DNA from: a virus
Lineage: Duplodnaviria > Caudoviricetes
Reading direction: 5' to 3' (one strand)
Virus record (IMG/VR): IMGVR_UViG_3300014204_000134
Span: 1-64,000 of that record
Length of the DNA: 64,000 bases
A model generated the notes under the pieces. That model was not told where the DNA came from, searched no databases, and saw nothing but the letters and a program-made list of their open reading frames with translations. Below, in pieces: positions 30,427 through 39,694 of this stretch; positions within the stretch are counted from its first letter, which is position 1; every line of letters starts with the position of its first letter. The translations under genes and the position numbers were made by a program.

Positions 30427-30807
30427 ATGAAAGAAACAAAAATTAAAGAATTGACTGAAATAAAATGTTTATGTTGCGGATCAAGGGAATTATCTAAACA
30501 TCATGAAACTAGTTACAGCTTAATAGTTTTCCAATGTTCTAAATGTAAATTATTTATACATGCCAATAAAATGTGTTGTTATTATAAAATTTACGCTATG
30601 CCAAGACATACAAATTATTGGGTAGATTGCGGTGATGCAAGTTCTGATTGTGTAGTGTGTGGTGGATTAGCAACAATTAAAAGAGGTAATATTGACAAAT
30701 CAGAATGGGCAAACAGTTGTCGTATTTGTAATGCTAATATACATGTTGATAATTGCGGAGGTTTTTATGAAAAGTATTGTCCAGAGTGTAAAAAATATAT
30801 GGAATAA
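30427..30807 (+). CDS. Cys-rich Zn-binding hypothetical protein
   Basis: Multiple CxxC; between repeat sites. Confidence 0.6.
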   Translation: MKETKIKELTEIKCLCCGSRELSKHHETSYSLIVFQCSKCKLFIHANKMCCYYKIYAMPRHTNYWVDCGDASSDCVVCGGLATIKRGNIDKSEWANSCRICNANIHVDNCGGFYEKYCPECKKYME

Positions 30808-30841
30808 AAAATTTGATTTATGACCAGGAAAGGATAATAAA

Positions 30842-31219
30842 ATGAAACAAAAATATTATGAAAAACAAATTAGTGTAGGTTCTCCTGAACAATATTATTG
30901 GAATGGTATGAAAAAAGATGATAGACAACCAAAATGGAAAGAAGAACGTAAAAAGTATGGTTTTGATGAAAGAGAAACTTGGAGTTTAGAATTTACTTTT
31001 ATTGCATGGATTTATCCAAGATTAAAGATGTATCGTGAAATTGACGTAGGACATCCAATGGATTTCACTAAAGAACAATGGAATGAAATTATTGATGAAA
31101 TGATAGAAGGTTTTGAGTTATATTTGACAGCACAAAATATTTATGATGAAAAAGTAAATGAAAAAGTAGAGAAATCTTTTGATTTATTTAGAGAATATAT
31201 AAAATGTATATGGTGGTAA
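30842..31219 (+). CDS. hypothetical phage protein
   Basis: GFDERETWSL...WNEIIDEMIEGF; between repeat sites. Confidence 0.65.
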   Translation: MKQKYYEKQISVGSPEQYYWNGMKKDDRQPKWKEERKKYGFDERETWSLEFTFIAWIYPRLKMYREIDVGHPMDFTKEQWNEIIDEMIEGFELYLTAQNIYDEKVNEKVEKSFDLFREYIKCIWW

Positions 31220-31241
31220 CGAAATTACGCTTTTGTAATAG

Positions 31242-31583
31242 GTGGTGAATAATATAAAACCAAATTATATTTTCTTTTATAAAAATGATATTGCACTTGA
31301 CGACATTATAAAACATGCTCCATTCTTTTACGATGAACCAATTCAAATAAAAAGAGGTAAAAATGAAGCAAGATTTGAATATGAACATTTTGATTTAAGA
31401 TGTTATAAAATAAAAAATTTAAATTTATCAATGAGAGGTATTAAAACTTGGCAAATTCTTATAGAAGATGAATTATATGATGAAATTAGTCATGAAATAA
31501 TTTATACAGTATTAGCACCAATGATGGTTCCTTATGAACTATTAGGTGGGAGAATCATTAAAGTAAATAAATATACATCATAA
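31242..31583 (+). CDS. hypothetical protein
   Basis: SMRGIKTWQILIEDE...VLAPM; between repeat sites. Confidence 0.55.
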   Translation: MVNNIKPNYIFFYKNDIALDDIIKHAPFFYDEPIQIKRGKNEARFEYEHFDLRCYKIKNLNLSMRGIKTWQILIEDELYDEISHEIIYTVLAPMMVPYELLGGRIIKVNKYTS

Positions 31584-31626
31584 AAACTGCATTTTATAAC
31601 TATTTAAAATTAAGGAGGAATAAATA

Positions 31627-31980
31627 ATGGGATTAACAACAGATAGAAATCATCCAGATTTAGGATATGGGGCAGACGATAAACCAGTAGAACAAAACAA
31701 AGTATATTTGGTTTTATCAGATGAAGAACTTTCTAAAGGTTATGTTAAACCATATCGTACTAGTTATAAACATTTGACATGTGGCACAATTACAACAATG
31801 AATGAAAAGATATCTGCTACTTATGCAAAAGATCCTTGGTTTTATGGATCAACTTATTGTGTCTATTGTAGTATGCATAGACCCCTTATTGAATTTACAT
31901 GGGAACCAGATGGTGAATCAATGAATCCTAACGAATGGTCAGATGAAGAAATGGATAGAGTTATAGGGTTAAAGAAATAG
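31627..31980 (+). CDS. Zn-binding hypothetical protein
   Basis: HLTCG...TYCVYC...H; SD AAGGAGG. Confidence 0.65.
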   Translation: MGLTTDRNHPDLGYGADDKPVEQNKVYLVLSDEELSKGYVKPYRTSYKHLTCGTITTMNEKISATYAKDPWFYGSTYCVYCSMHRPLIEFTWEPDGESMNPNEWSDEEMDRVIGLKK

Positions 31981-32022
31981 AAAAAGAAAGAATAAAATAT
32001 GCGTTTGATGTTAAGTGAGGAG

Positions 32023-32193
32023 ATGTTTATGAGAGATATATTAAAAACTAAAGAAGAAAAAATTCAGTTTATTATTGGGCACTTACAAAGAATGAAAGGG
32101 TTAGAATTTATTGATCACGATGAAATTAGTGCTTGTAATTTAGCAATAAGAAGATTAAAAAGAACTTTGCCTAAAGAGAAAATATTATCATAA
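32023..32193 (+). CDS. hypothetical protein
   Basis: SD GAGGAG; between repeat sites. Confidence 0.45.
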   Translation: MFMRDILKTKEEKIQFIIGHLQRMKGLEFIDHDEISACNLAIRRLKRTLPKEKILS

Positions 32194-32229
32194 AAAATGT
32201 GTGCTTTATAACCATAAAAGGAGAATAAT

Positions 32230-32502
32230 ATGTTTAAAAAATTACTAGAAATATTAGAATTACAAATAAAAGAACTAGAGATGAAAATGGAAATTTTAAA
32301 TGAAATAGATATTGAAAAACAATGGCATTTAGAAACAGGTAAAAAATTTAATAATTTAATGAGTAATTATGCAATATCAGAAGAAGAGTTACTTTCTATT
32401 TCTGAAACAGTATGTAAATTTGTAACTATTACTAGGAAAACCAATATAGATAAATATTTATTTGAAGATGATAAATTAGAAAAACCAAGATTAATAAGGT
32501 AA
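32230..32502 (+). CDS. hypothetical protein
   Basis: SD AAGGAG + ATG; between repeat sites. Confidence 0.55.
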   Translation: MFKKLLEILELQIKELEMKMEILNEIDIEKQWHLETGKKFNNLMSNYAISEEELLSISETVCKFVTITRKTNIDKYLFEDDKLEKPRLIR

Positions 32503-32548
32503 CTAAATTTGGTTTTTATTACCATAGAAAGGAAAAAATAAATATAAA

Positions 32549-32875
32549 ATGAAAGCAAAAATTATAAAAGTATCTAAACCTACATTTTGGTATGTAAATA
32601 AAATAGGAAAAATATTTGAAGTATGTGATGATGACCACTTATTTTATAAAGTATTAAACATTCCAAACACCTACATTTTAAGAGAAGATTGTATAATAAT
32701 TGAAAATAAAGTAGAAATGTATGATTTTAAATGGAAACAATTACATAATAAAACTTTAAAAATATATGTTGGGGAAGACTTAACTAATGGTACTGATTAT
32801 ACTTGTATAACTACTATAGGTGTTGATGTTGATACTGGAGATATGTATTTTTTAAACAACGAAATAATTAAATAG
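32549..32875 (+). CDS. hypothetical protein
   Basis: Track ORF. Confidence 0.55.
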   Translation: MKAKIIKVSKPTFWYVNKIGKIFEVCDDDHLFYKVLNIPNTYILREDCIIIENKVEMYDFKWKQLHNKTLKIYVGEDLTNGTDYTCITTIGVDVDTGDMYFLNNEIIK

Positions 32876-32887
32876 TAGGAGGATAAA

Positions 32888-33085
32888 ATGGATTATTCAA
32901 ACGACAGATTTATATTTACATTTAGTAATAATTGGAAATATAAACAATTTTCTTTAGGTTTTACTTTTGCTAGTGAAGAACGTTTTACTTGTTCTGATGA
33001 AACTGTTGGAATAACTAAGAAAAGAGAATATTATATCGGTTTATATTTAGGATTTTGGCAACTATTTGTTGGAGTAGTAATATGA
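32888..33085 (+). CDS. hypothetical protein
   Basis: SD AGGAGG + ATG. Confidence 0.5.
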   Translation: MDYSNDRFIFTFSNNWKYKQFSLGFTFASEERFTCSDETVGITKKREYYIGLYLGFWQLFVGVVI

Positions 33086-33348
33086 TTAAAATAGTTGAAT
33101 TCCATCACCCAATTGACAATCCACACGAATATCAATGTAGAATAATTAAATATGAAAGTTTTGAAAAATACGCTAACGATTTAGAAAATGGAGAAGCGCA
33201 ATATTTAGGACAATATTCTTTACCTAGAATTTTAAATATTGAATGGGATTTTAATATATTTGATAATTATGTAATAGTTAAATATATTCATCCTATTAAT
33301 CATTTAAAAATTATACATAAAGCATGGATAGTAAATATAGATTTGTAG
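33082..33348 (+). CDS. hypothetical protein
   Basis: ATGA overlap with upstream ORF. Confidence 0.5.
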   Translation: MIKIVEFHHPIDNPHEYQCRIIKYESFEKYANDLENGEAQYLGQYSLPRILNIEWDFNIFDNYVIVKYIHPINHLKIIHKAWIVNIDL

Positions 33349-33403
33349 TAATAAAATCTAATTTCTATACCACTATAGAAATATAAAATAAAGGAGATAA
33401 TTA

Positions 33404-33940
33404 ATGACTTGTATTGCAGGACTTGTAGATAATGGAATAGTTTACATAGGTGGAGATAGTGCAGGAGTAGGAGGAACATCACTTTCTGTACGTGCAGATA
33501 AAAAAGTATTTCAAAATGGTGAATTTATTTTTGGATTTACCACTTCTTTTAGAATGGGACAATTATTAAGATATTCATTTAATCCTCCTAAGAATTATGA
33601 AAATATTGACATTAATAAATTTATGGTTACTAAATTTATCGAATCAGTTAGAAAATGTTTAAAGGATGGTGGATATGCTTATAAAAACAACGAAGTCGAA
33701 GAAGGTGGAACCTTTTTAGTTGGTTACAAAGGAAAATTATTTAGAATTGATTCTGATTATCAAGTAGGAGAAGCATTAATAGAATTTGATGCTGTTGGAT
33801 GTGGAGAAGACATTGCCCTTGGTTCATTATATAGTACTCAAGGACTAGAACCTAAAGAAAGAATATTAAAAGCACTTGAAGCAGCAGAAAGGTTTAGTGC
33901 TGGAGTAAGAAGACCATTTAATGTGGTTGAATTGAAATAA
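33404..33940 (+). CDS. HslV/proteasome-beta-like Ntn-hydrolase
   Basis: N-terminal M-TCIAGL, GGDS, KVF, AVGCG...ALG. Confidence 0.75.
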   Translation: MTCIAGLVDNGIVYIGGDSAGVGGTSLSVRADKKVFQNGEFIFGFTTSFRMGQLLRYSFNPPKNYENIDINKFMVTKFIESVRKCLKDGGYAYKNNEVEEGGTFLVGYKGKLFRIDSDYQVGEALIEFDAVGCGEDIALGSLYSTQGLEPKERILKALEAAERFSAGVRRPFNVVELK

Positions 33941-33944
33941 GACA

Positions 33945-33989
33945 TACTATATATAGTATAATTAGATTTATATAATACTATATATAGAT
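33945..33989. promoter_or_regulatory. tandem NrdR-box-like pair
   Basis: TACTATATATAGTA (33945) and TACTATATATAGAT (33976), 31-bp period. Confidence 0.6.
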
Positions 33990-34045
33990 ATAAAATGGTA
34001 ATAAACTCAGAACTTCATTGCACTATAAAAAGGAGTTGATATTTA

Positions 34046-34588
34046 ATAAAAAATAAATACGAAATAATAGGAGATATAACTATAATATTTTTAAAAAGAA
34101 AAACTGGAGAAATATTAAAATGTTATATTGATACTGAAGATTTAGAAAGAGTTAAAAAACTAAATGTTTCTTGGTATTCAGTTTGGGATAAAGTTTTAGA
34201 AAGTTATTATGCAAGATGCACTCTTTATATTGAAACAACAGATGGTAAACCAAAATATAAAATGGTTTATTTACATAGATTAATTATGGAAGCAAAAGAA
34301 AATGATTATGTAGATCATAGAGATCATAAAACTCTAGATAATAGAAAAAATAATTTAAGAAAAACTACAAGTGAGATAAATACTAAAAATAGAAAAGGTG
34401 CAAATAGAAATACAACTACAGGACATAGAAATGTTTGTTATGTATCAGCAAAAGATGTTTATAGAGTACAATTACAAGTAAATAAAAAACGTAAACATTT
34501 TGGTGATTTTGATAATTTAGAAAATGCTGTATTTTGTGCAGAGTATAATAGAAGTAAATTAAAATCATACGGAGGAAGTTCTAATTGA
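34046..34588 (+). CDS. HNH-AP2 homing endonuclease (ATA start)
   Basis: (M)KNKYEIIGDITIIFL...IDTEDL; LHRLIM...VDHRDHKTLDNRKNNLR; in-frame TGA at 34037. Confidence 0.85.
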   Translation: MKNKYEIIGDITIIFLKRKTGEILKCYIDTEDLERVKKLNVSWYSVWDKVLESYYARCTLYIETTDGKPKYKMVYLHRLIMEAKENDYVDHRDHKTLDNRKNNLRKTTSEINTKNRKGANRNTTTGHRNVCYVSAKDVYRVQLQVNKKRKHFGDFDNLENAVFCAEYNRSKLKSYGGSSN

Positions 34589-34923
34589 AAATATACGTTA
34601 CTTATCCTTATACAGCAAAAACACCAGAACAAGAAAAAGAAAATGTAATTAAATCAATAGATATTGCTATTAAAATATGGCAAAAAGGTCATACACCATT
34701 TATACCTTTATTATTACACTATTTTAATAAAAGAGTAAAAGAATTAAATTTATCTATTTCATATGATGAATATATGAAATGGGATTTAGAATGGTTGAAT
34801 GAATGTGATGCGTTATTATATACAATAAAATCAAAAGGTACTGATATTGAACTAAATGAGGCAATAGAAAAAAGGAAGATTGTTTATTGGTCGGTTGATG
34901 AGATAGAAGATAGAGGTGTTTAA
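34585..34923 (+). CDS. DUF1937/DUF4406-like (nucleoside deoxyribosyltransferase-fold) protein
   Basis: KIYVTYPY...GHTPFIP...DLEWLNECDAL...SKGTDIE. Confidence 0.7.
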   Translation: MKIYVTYPYTAKTPEQEKENVIKSIDIAIKIWQKGHTPFIPLLLHYFNKRVKELNLSISYDEYMKWDLEWLNECDALLYTIKSKGTDIELNEAIEKRKIVYWSVDEIEDRGV

Positions 34924-34925
34924 TT

Positions 34926-35804
34926 ATAGATATAAATATAAATCTAGAAAATTTATGTGAAGAATATTTAAAAGAAAATATGAGTACAAGAAAATTATCT
35001 ATATTATTTAAATACAACAGGAAAATAATTCAAAGATTATTAAGAAATAGTAATAATAATGATGTACTAAATAAATTAGATAAATATATAAAAAATGTTG
35101 ATATAAATGAATTATGCATAGATTATTTAAATAAAAATATTTCTATGAAATACTTAATGGAAAAATATGATTGTGCTTCGTCTACTATATACAAAAAATT
35201 AAGACAAAGTAATAATAAAGATGTTCTAGAAAAATTAAAAAGAAAGAAAAGTAACATAATATATGTAGAAAACAATTTAATATATGTATTATATAAAAAT
35301 AATAAACATATATTTGATTTCTCAGAGAAATTATTAGAAAAACTAAAAAGATTTTATTGGACAGAAGGTACAAATGGTCATTTGCACACTTCTTATTATG
35401 ATAATAATGGTAAGCAAAAAATATTTAAATCATATTGGCTTGTTATTAATAAACCAAGTAAGGGTTTTGTTGTTGATCATATTAATAAAAATGAAAAAGA
35501 CAACAGAAAAGAAAATTTAAGATATGCTACAAAACAAACTAATAATATTAATAGAAATAAAAACAAAAATAATAAAAGTGGTTATAAAGGAGTGTACTTT
35601 GCAAAAAATATAGGTTTATATATTGCAAAAATACAAAAAGGAAAAGAAATAATATATTTGGGTTGTTATAATAATCCAAAGGACGCATATATTGCTAGAG
35701 CAAGAAAGGAATTAGAAATATATGGAGAATATGCAAGAATACAAGATGGTTTTGAATGGATTATAGAAGAATGGAAGAATATAAAAGAAGGTGAAAATAA
35801 TTAA
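34926..35804 (+). CDS. HNH-AP2 homing endonuclease with N-terminal HTH-like repeats (ATA start)
   Basis: VVDHINKNEKDNRKENLR; SGYKGV; the extended N-terminus completes an internal repeat (LENLCEEYLKEN / INELCIDYLNKN). Confidence 0.8.
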   Translation: MDININLENLCEEYLKENMSTRKLSILFKYNRKIIQRLLRNSNNNDVLNKLDKYIKNVDINELCIDYLNKNISMKYLMEKYDCASSTIYKKLRQSNNKDVLEKLKRKKSNIIYVENNLIYVLYKNNKHIFDFSEKLLEKLKRFYWTEGTNGHLHTSYYDNNGKQKIFKSYWLVINKPSKGFVVDHINKNEKDNRKENLRYATKQTNNINRNKNKNNKSGYKGVYFAKNIGLYIAKIQKGKEIIYLGCYNNPKDAYIARARKELEIYGEYARIQDGFEWIIEEWKNIKEGENN

Positions 35805-38800
35805 TAATTATGTTATTTATCATCTTCATGACGATCATTCAATATTAGATTCAGCAACAAAATATTGGATGTATATAGATAGAGTTAAAGAATTAGAGAT
35901 GAAAGCAATTGCATTTTCGTCACATGGTAACTGCTATAATTGGATATCTAAAAAACAAAGATGTGATAAAGAAGGAATTAAATATATCCATGCATGTGAA
36001 GTATATATCACAGAATCTTTAGAAGAGAAGATTCGTGATAATTACCATACAGTTCTTATAAGTAAAAATTGGGAAGGAGTTAAAGAGCTTAATAAATTAA
36101 TATCAAAAGCAAGTAATAAAGGTGATAATCATTTTTACTATGATCCTAGAATTAGTATTGATGAATTAATTAATACTAGTGACAATCTTTTAGTTACAAC
36201 TGCATGTTTAGCAAGCCCTTTATATAAAGGTAAAGATAAATCAATATATGATAAATATTTAAATTTCCTAATTGAAAATAAACATAGAGTATTCCTTGAG
36301 GTTCAGTACCATTCCTTTGATCAGCAGAAAGAGCACAATTTAAACTTATATGAATTACATAAAAAATACAATTTAAATTTAATCGCTGGTACTGACACAC
36401 ATAATCTCAATTCAGAATTAGCGGATGCAAGAAGAATATTGCAATTAAGTAAAAATATAAAATATGCAGAAGAAGAAACTTTTGATTTAAATTTAAAGAC
36501 ATACGATGAATTAGTAAATGCATTTAAAAAACAAGATGCCTTACCAGAAGAAATTTATCTTCAAGCAATTGAAAATACTAATCAATTATTAGATTTAGTG
36601 GAAGATTTTGAACTTGATACAACAAACAAATATCCTAGACTATATGAAAATGCAGAAGAAATATTTAAAAAGAAAATTAATGAAGGTGTTATAAAAAGAA
36701 AAATAAACAATTATGATATCGAAGAAAGAAAGAAATACTTTAATAGAATTAAAGAAGAACTTGAAGTATATAAAATATGTGATGCCATAGATTATATTTT
36801 ACTACAAGAAAATATTACTTCTTGGGCAAGAGAAAATGGTATTGATCCAGGCCCAGGTAGAGGATCGGTTACAGGTAGTGAAAACGCTTATATTTTAGGT
36901 GTAACTGATATGGATTCGATTAAACATAATTTAAACTTTACTCGATTTTTAAATCCTGATCGTATATCTTTATCGGACATAGATATAGACTACCCACCTT
37001 CACGGAGAAACGAAGTAATAGATTATGTAGCAAACATACCAGGAATATATTTTTCTGAAATTGTAACTTTTAATACCATTAATTATAGGGGTGCTATAAG
37101 AGATACGGGGAGAGCATTAAATATACCTTTATCTGAAGTTGATGAAATAGCAAAAAACTATGAGGGGAATGAAGATTATTACAGAAAGCAATATCCAGAA
37201 TTATTTAAATATGTAGACTTACTTAAAGGAGTTAATGTTAGTATTGGTTCTCATCCTTCAGGATTTATTGTAAGTCCAATAAACATCGAAGAAAATATTG
37301 GAACATTTACAACTTCTACTTGTAGATACCCTGTTTCATGTTGTGATATGAAAGCTGTAGATTCAATAAATTTTGTAAAATTAGATATTCTTGGACTTGA
37401 CAATATTGAAATAATTAATGAAACATGTAAACTAGCAAATATTGAACGAGTTACACCTGATAATGTTGATATTCATAATGATAAAGTATGGAATAGTATT
37501 AAAGAAAATGGATTATCAATATTTCAAATGGAAAGTAAATTTGCTCATGATTCACTATTAAAAGCATTAGAATCATATAATAAAATAAAAGAAACAAATA
37601 AAAATATTACTCGTATTGACTTGATGAGTATGGTAAATGGAGCAATACGTCCTTCTGGAGAATCTTTTAGAGATGCTTTAATTAGTGGTGAATTTAACAA
37701 TAATGGTCATCCCGCATTAAATAATTTACTTTCAAATACACAAGGTTTTCTAGTATATCAAGAATCTATCATTCAATTTTTAGTTGAATTTTGTGGATTC
37801 ACAGCAGCTCAAGCCGATTCTGTAAGGCGTAAAATAGGAAAAAAATTAGGTACTGATGATGTTATTCCAGAAATTAAAGAACGATTTATTAAAACAATGC
37901 AGGATAAATATAATTTATCAAACAAAGAATTAGAAACAATTGTTGAACCATTTTTACAAATTATATCAGATGCTAGTTCATATGGGTTTTCACTAAATCA
38001 TAGTCAACCATATTCATATATTGGTTATATTTGTGGATATTTACGTTATTATTATCCCCTTGAGTTTCTTACAATAGTATTAAATATTAATAAAGATAAT
38101 ATTGAAAAAACAAGTGAAATAATTAAATATGCAAACTCTAAAAGCATTACCATTCAACCAATTAAATTTCGCAAATCCCAAGCAAAATATTCAATGGATA
38201 AAGAAACAAATAGTATTTTTAAAGGTATCGAATCTATTAAATTTTGTAATTCTCAGATTGCCAAAGAACTCTACCAATTAAAAGATAATCAGTACAGTTC
38301 ATTTATTAATCTTTTAATTGACATCGAAAATACTTCTTGTAACTCTCGACAATTAGAAATTCTTATTACTCTTAACTTTTTTGATGAATTTAGTAATAAC
38401 CAAAAACTATTAAACATTTATAATTTATTTAAAAAATTATACGGCAAAAAACAAATCAAAAAAGAAAAAGTATTAGAACTAGGTATTGAAGAATCGACCG
38501 TTAAACAATATTCAAGAGAAACAGCAAAATCATATTTAGACGTTGATATAATTGCCATACTTAAAGATTATGAAAATAAAATACCGAACGAATCAATTAA
38601 TATTATTGATCAAATATCTTTTGAAAAAGAAAATCTCGGATATTCTCAAACTACAATACCACAAATAAATAATAATATTTTCATCGTTGTAAATACAAAT
38701 TTAAAATACACTCCTGTAGTAACTATATATTGTCTTCAAAATGGAGCAGAAGAAAAATATAAAATACCAAAAAAATATTTTAATCAAAAAGAAAAAATAT

Positions 38801-38970
38801 TAGACATTGGTTCTATTATTGCAGTTTCCAAAAAAGAAAAGCGTCCAAGATATAGAAAGACTGAAAATGGATTTGAGAAAATATCTGGAGAGTTTGAAGG
38901 TTATATCACGGACTATTATATTGCTTCAACAGACAAACTCAACAATTACATCAAAACTCTAACCCCATAA
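35791..38970 (+). CDS. dnaE: DNA polymerase III alpha subunit
   Basis: PHP HLHDDHSILD; GPGRGS; RFLNPDR; DIDID; HPSG; KLDILGL; YQE; FSLNHS. Confidence 0.95.
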   Translation: MKIINNYVIYHLHDDHSILDSATKYWMYIDRVKELEMKAIAFSSHGNCYNWISKKQRCDKEGIKYIHACEVYITESLEEKIRDNYHTVLISKNWEGVKELNKLISKASNKGDNHFYYDPRISIDELINTSDNLLVTTACLASPLYKGKDKSIYDKYLNFLIENKHRVFLEVQYHSFDQQKEHNLNLYELHKKYNLNLIAGTDTHNLNSELADARRILQLSKNIKYAEEETFDLNLKTYDELVNAFKKQDALPEEIYLQAIENTNQLLDLVEDFELDTTNKYPRLYENAEEIFKKKINEGVIKRKINNYDIEERKKYFNRIKEELEVYKICDAIDYILLQENITSWARENGIDPGPGRGSVTGSENAYILGVTDMDSIKHNLNFTRFLNPDRISLSDIDIDYPPSRRNEVIDYVANIPGIYFSEIVTFNTINYRGAIRDTGRALNIPLSEVDEIAKNYEGNEDYYRKQYPELFKYVDLLKGVNVSIGSHPSGFIVSPINIEENIGTFTTSTCRYPVSCCDMKAVDSINFVKLDILGLDNIEIINETCKLANIERVTPDNVDIHNDKVWNSIKENGLSIFQMESKFAHDSLLKALESYNKIKETNKNITRIDLMSMVNGAIRPSGESFRDALISGEFNNNGHPALNNLLSNTQGFLVYQESIIQFLVEFCGFTAAQADSVRRKIGKKLGTDDVIPEIKERFIKTMQDKYNLSNKELETIVEPFLQIISDASSYGFSLNHSQPYSYIGYICGYLRYYYPLEFLTIVLNINKDNIEKTSEIIKYANSKSITIQPIKFRKSQAKYSMDKETNSIFKGIESIKFCNSQIAKELYQLKDNQYSSFINLLIDIENTSCNSRQLEILITLNFFDEFSNNQKLLNIYNLFKKLYGKKQIKKEKVLELGIEESTVKQYSRETAKSYLDVDIIAILKDYENKIPNESINIIDQISFEKENLGYSQTTIPQINNNIFIVVNTNLKYTPVVTIYCLQNGAEEKYKIPKKYFNQKEKILDIGSIIAVSKKEKRPRYRKTENGFEKISGEFEGYITDYYIASTDKLNNYIKTLTP

Positions 38971-39140
38971 AAAAATAAGCAGGATTTTCTCCCGCAAGAA
39001 TAATATGTAATCGCATTTATGTTTATACAAAAAAATTGGCAGACATAGAGGGTGTCTGCGCTTTTGCGGAAATGTGAAGTGTTATGTTAATTTAATTATT
39101 ACCATAAATTAAATATAATATACTTTAAATTAATTGTCAA
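38969..39140 (-). ncRNA. candidate small RNA with its own promoter and terminators
   Basis: - strand TTGACA (39140-39135)-17-TATATT; hairpin+U tracts at 39059-39029 and 38995-38969; no real ORF. Confidence 0.45.
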
Positions 39141-39182
39141 TATATTTATGAAAATAAATTAAAAAAATTTAGGAGTGATTTA

Positions 39183-39668
39183 TTGCGTTCTATATGTTTT
39201 GATCAATCAACATCAATTATTGGATGGTCAGTATTTGACAATAAAAATCTAATAGACTATGGTCTTCAAGATTTTAAAAAAATAAAAAATACAGATCAAA
39301 GAATATCAGAAATTAAAAAATGGATGAATAATATCATAAAGGAAAAACAAGCAGAAGTATTTGCAATAGAAGACATTCAATATCAGGGCATGATTAATGC
39401 TTATAGATCATTAGCAGAATTAATAGGAGTAATCAAATCTCACTTTTATGATAACAATTATGCCTACATAATAGTTAAAAATGGAGAATGGAAAAAACAT
39501 TGTAATATCAAAGGTAGAAAAAGAGATGAGCAAAAGGCAAATGCTCAAAAGTTTATTAAAAACAAATATAATATAGAAGTCAGTCAAGATGTGGCAGATG
39601 CCATTTGTATTGGTGAATATTTAGTAAATAAAATACTTAAATTTCCAGACGTAGGACAAACCAACTGA
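39183..39668 (+). CDS. RuvC-like Holliday junction resolvase
   Basis: FDQST...GWSV, AIED, WKK, DVADAICIG. Confidence 0.85.
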   Translation: MRSICFDQSTSIIGWSVFDNKNLIDYGLQDFKKIKNTDQRISEIKKWMNNIIKEKQAEVFAIEDIQYQGMINAYRSLAELIGVIKSHFYDNNYAYIIVKNGEWKKHCNIKGRKRDEQKANAQKFIKNKYNIEVSQDVADAICIGEYLVNKILKFPDVGQTN

Positions 39669-39694
39669 TGAATATAATATTTTGAGGTGATTTA

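Larger units (their letters stand above)
20594..34018. repeat. Array 2 of palindromic gene-boundary sites (ATAAAA-N6-TTTTAT consensus)
   Basis: Cores start at 20594, 21846, 22272, 22652, 23209, 24360, 26089, 26745, 28552, 28802, 29570, 30392, 30804, 31219, 31580, 31992, 32192, 32502, 33351, 34001. Example: ggcaATAAAA-acacaa-TTTTATgatagg (24360). Confidence 0.85.

Noticed and set aside
312-34018. CRISPR array, classical integron attC sites or host dif sites
   Set aside because: The repeats are short, degenerate and separated by whole genes. There is no RYYYAAC/GTTRRRY attC structure, no cas or intI gene, and the arms do not match known dif arms.
16557-38970. Introns or inteins in nrdJ and dnaE
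   Set aside because: Both frames are continuous and of ordinary length; nearby HNH genes are free-standing.
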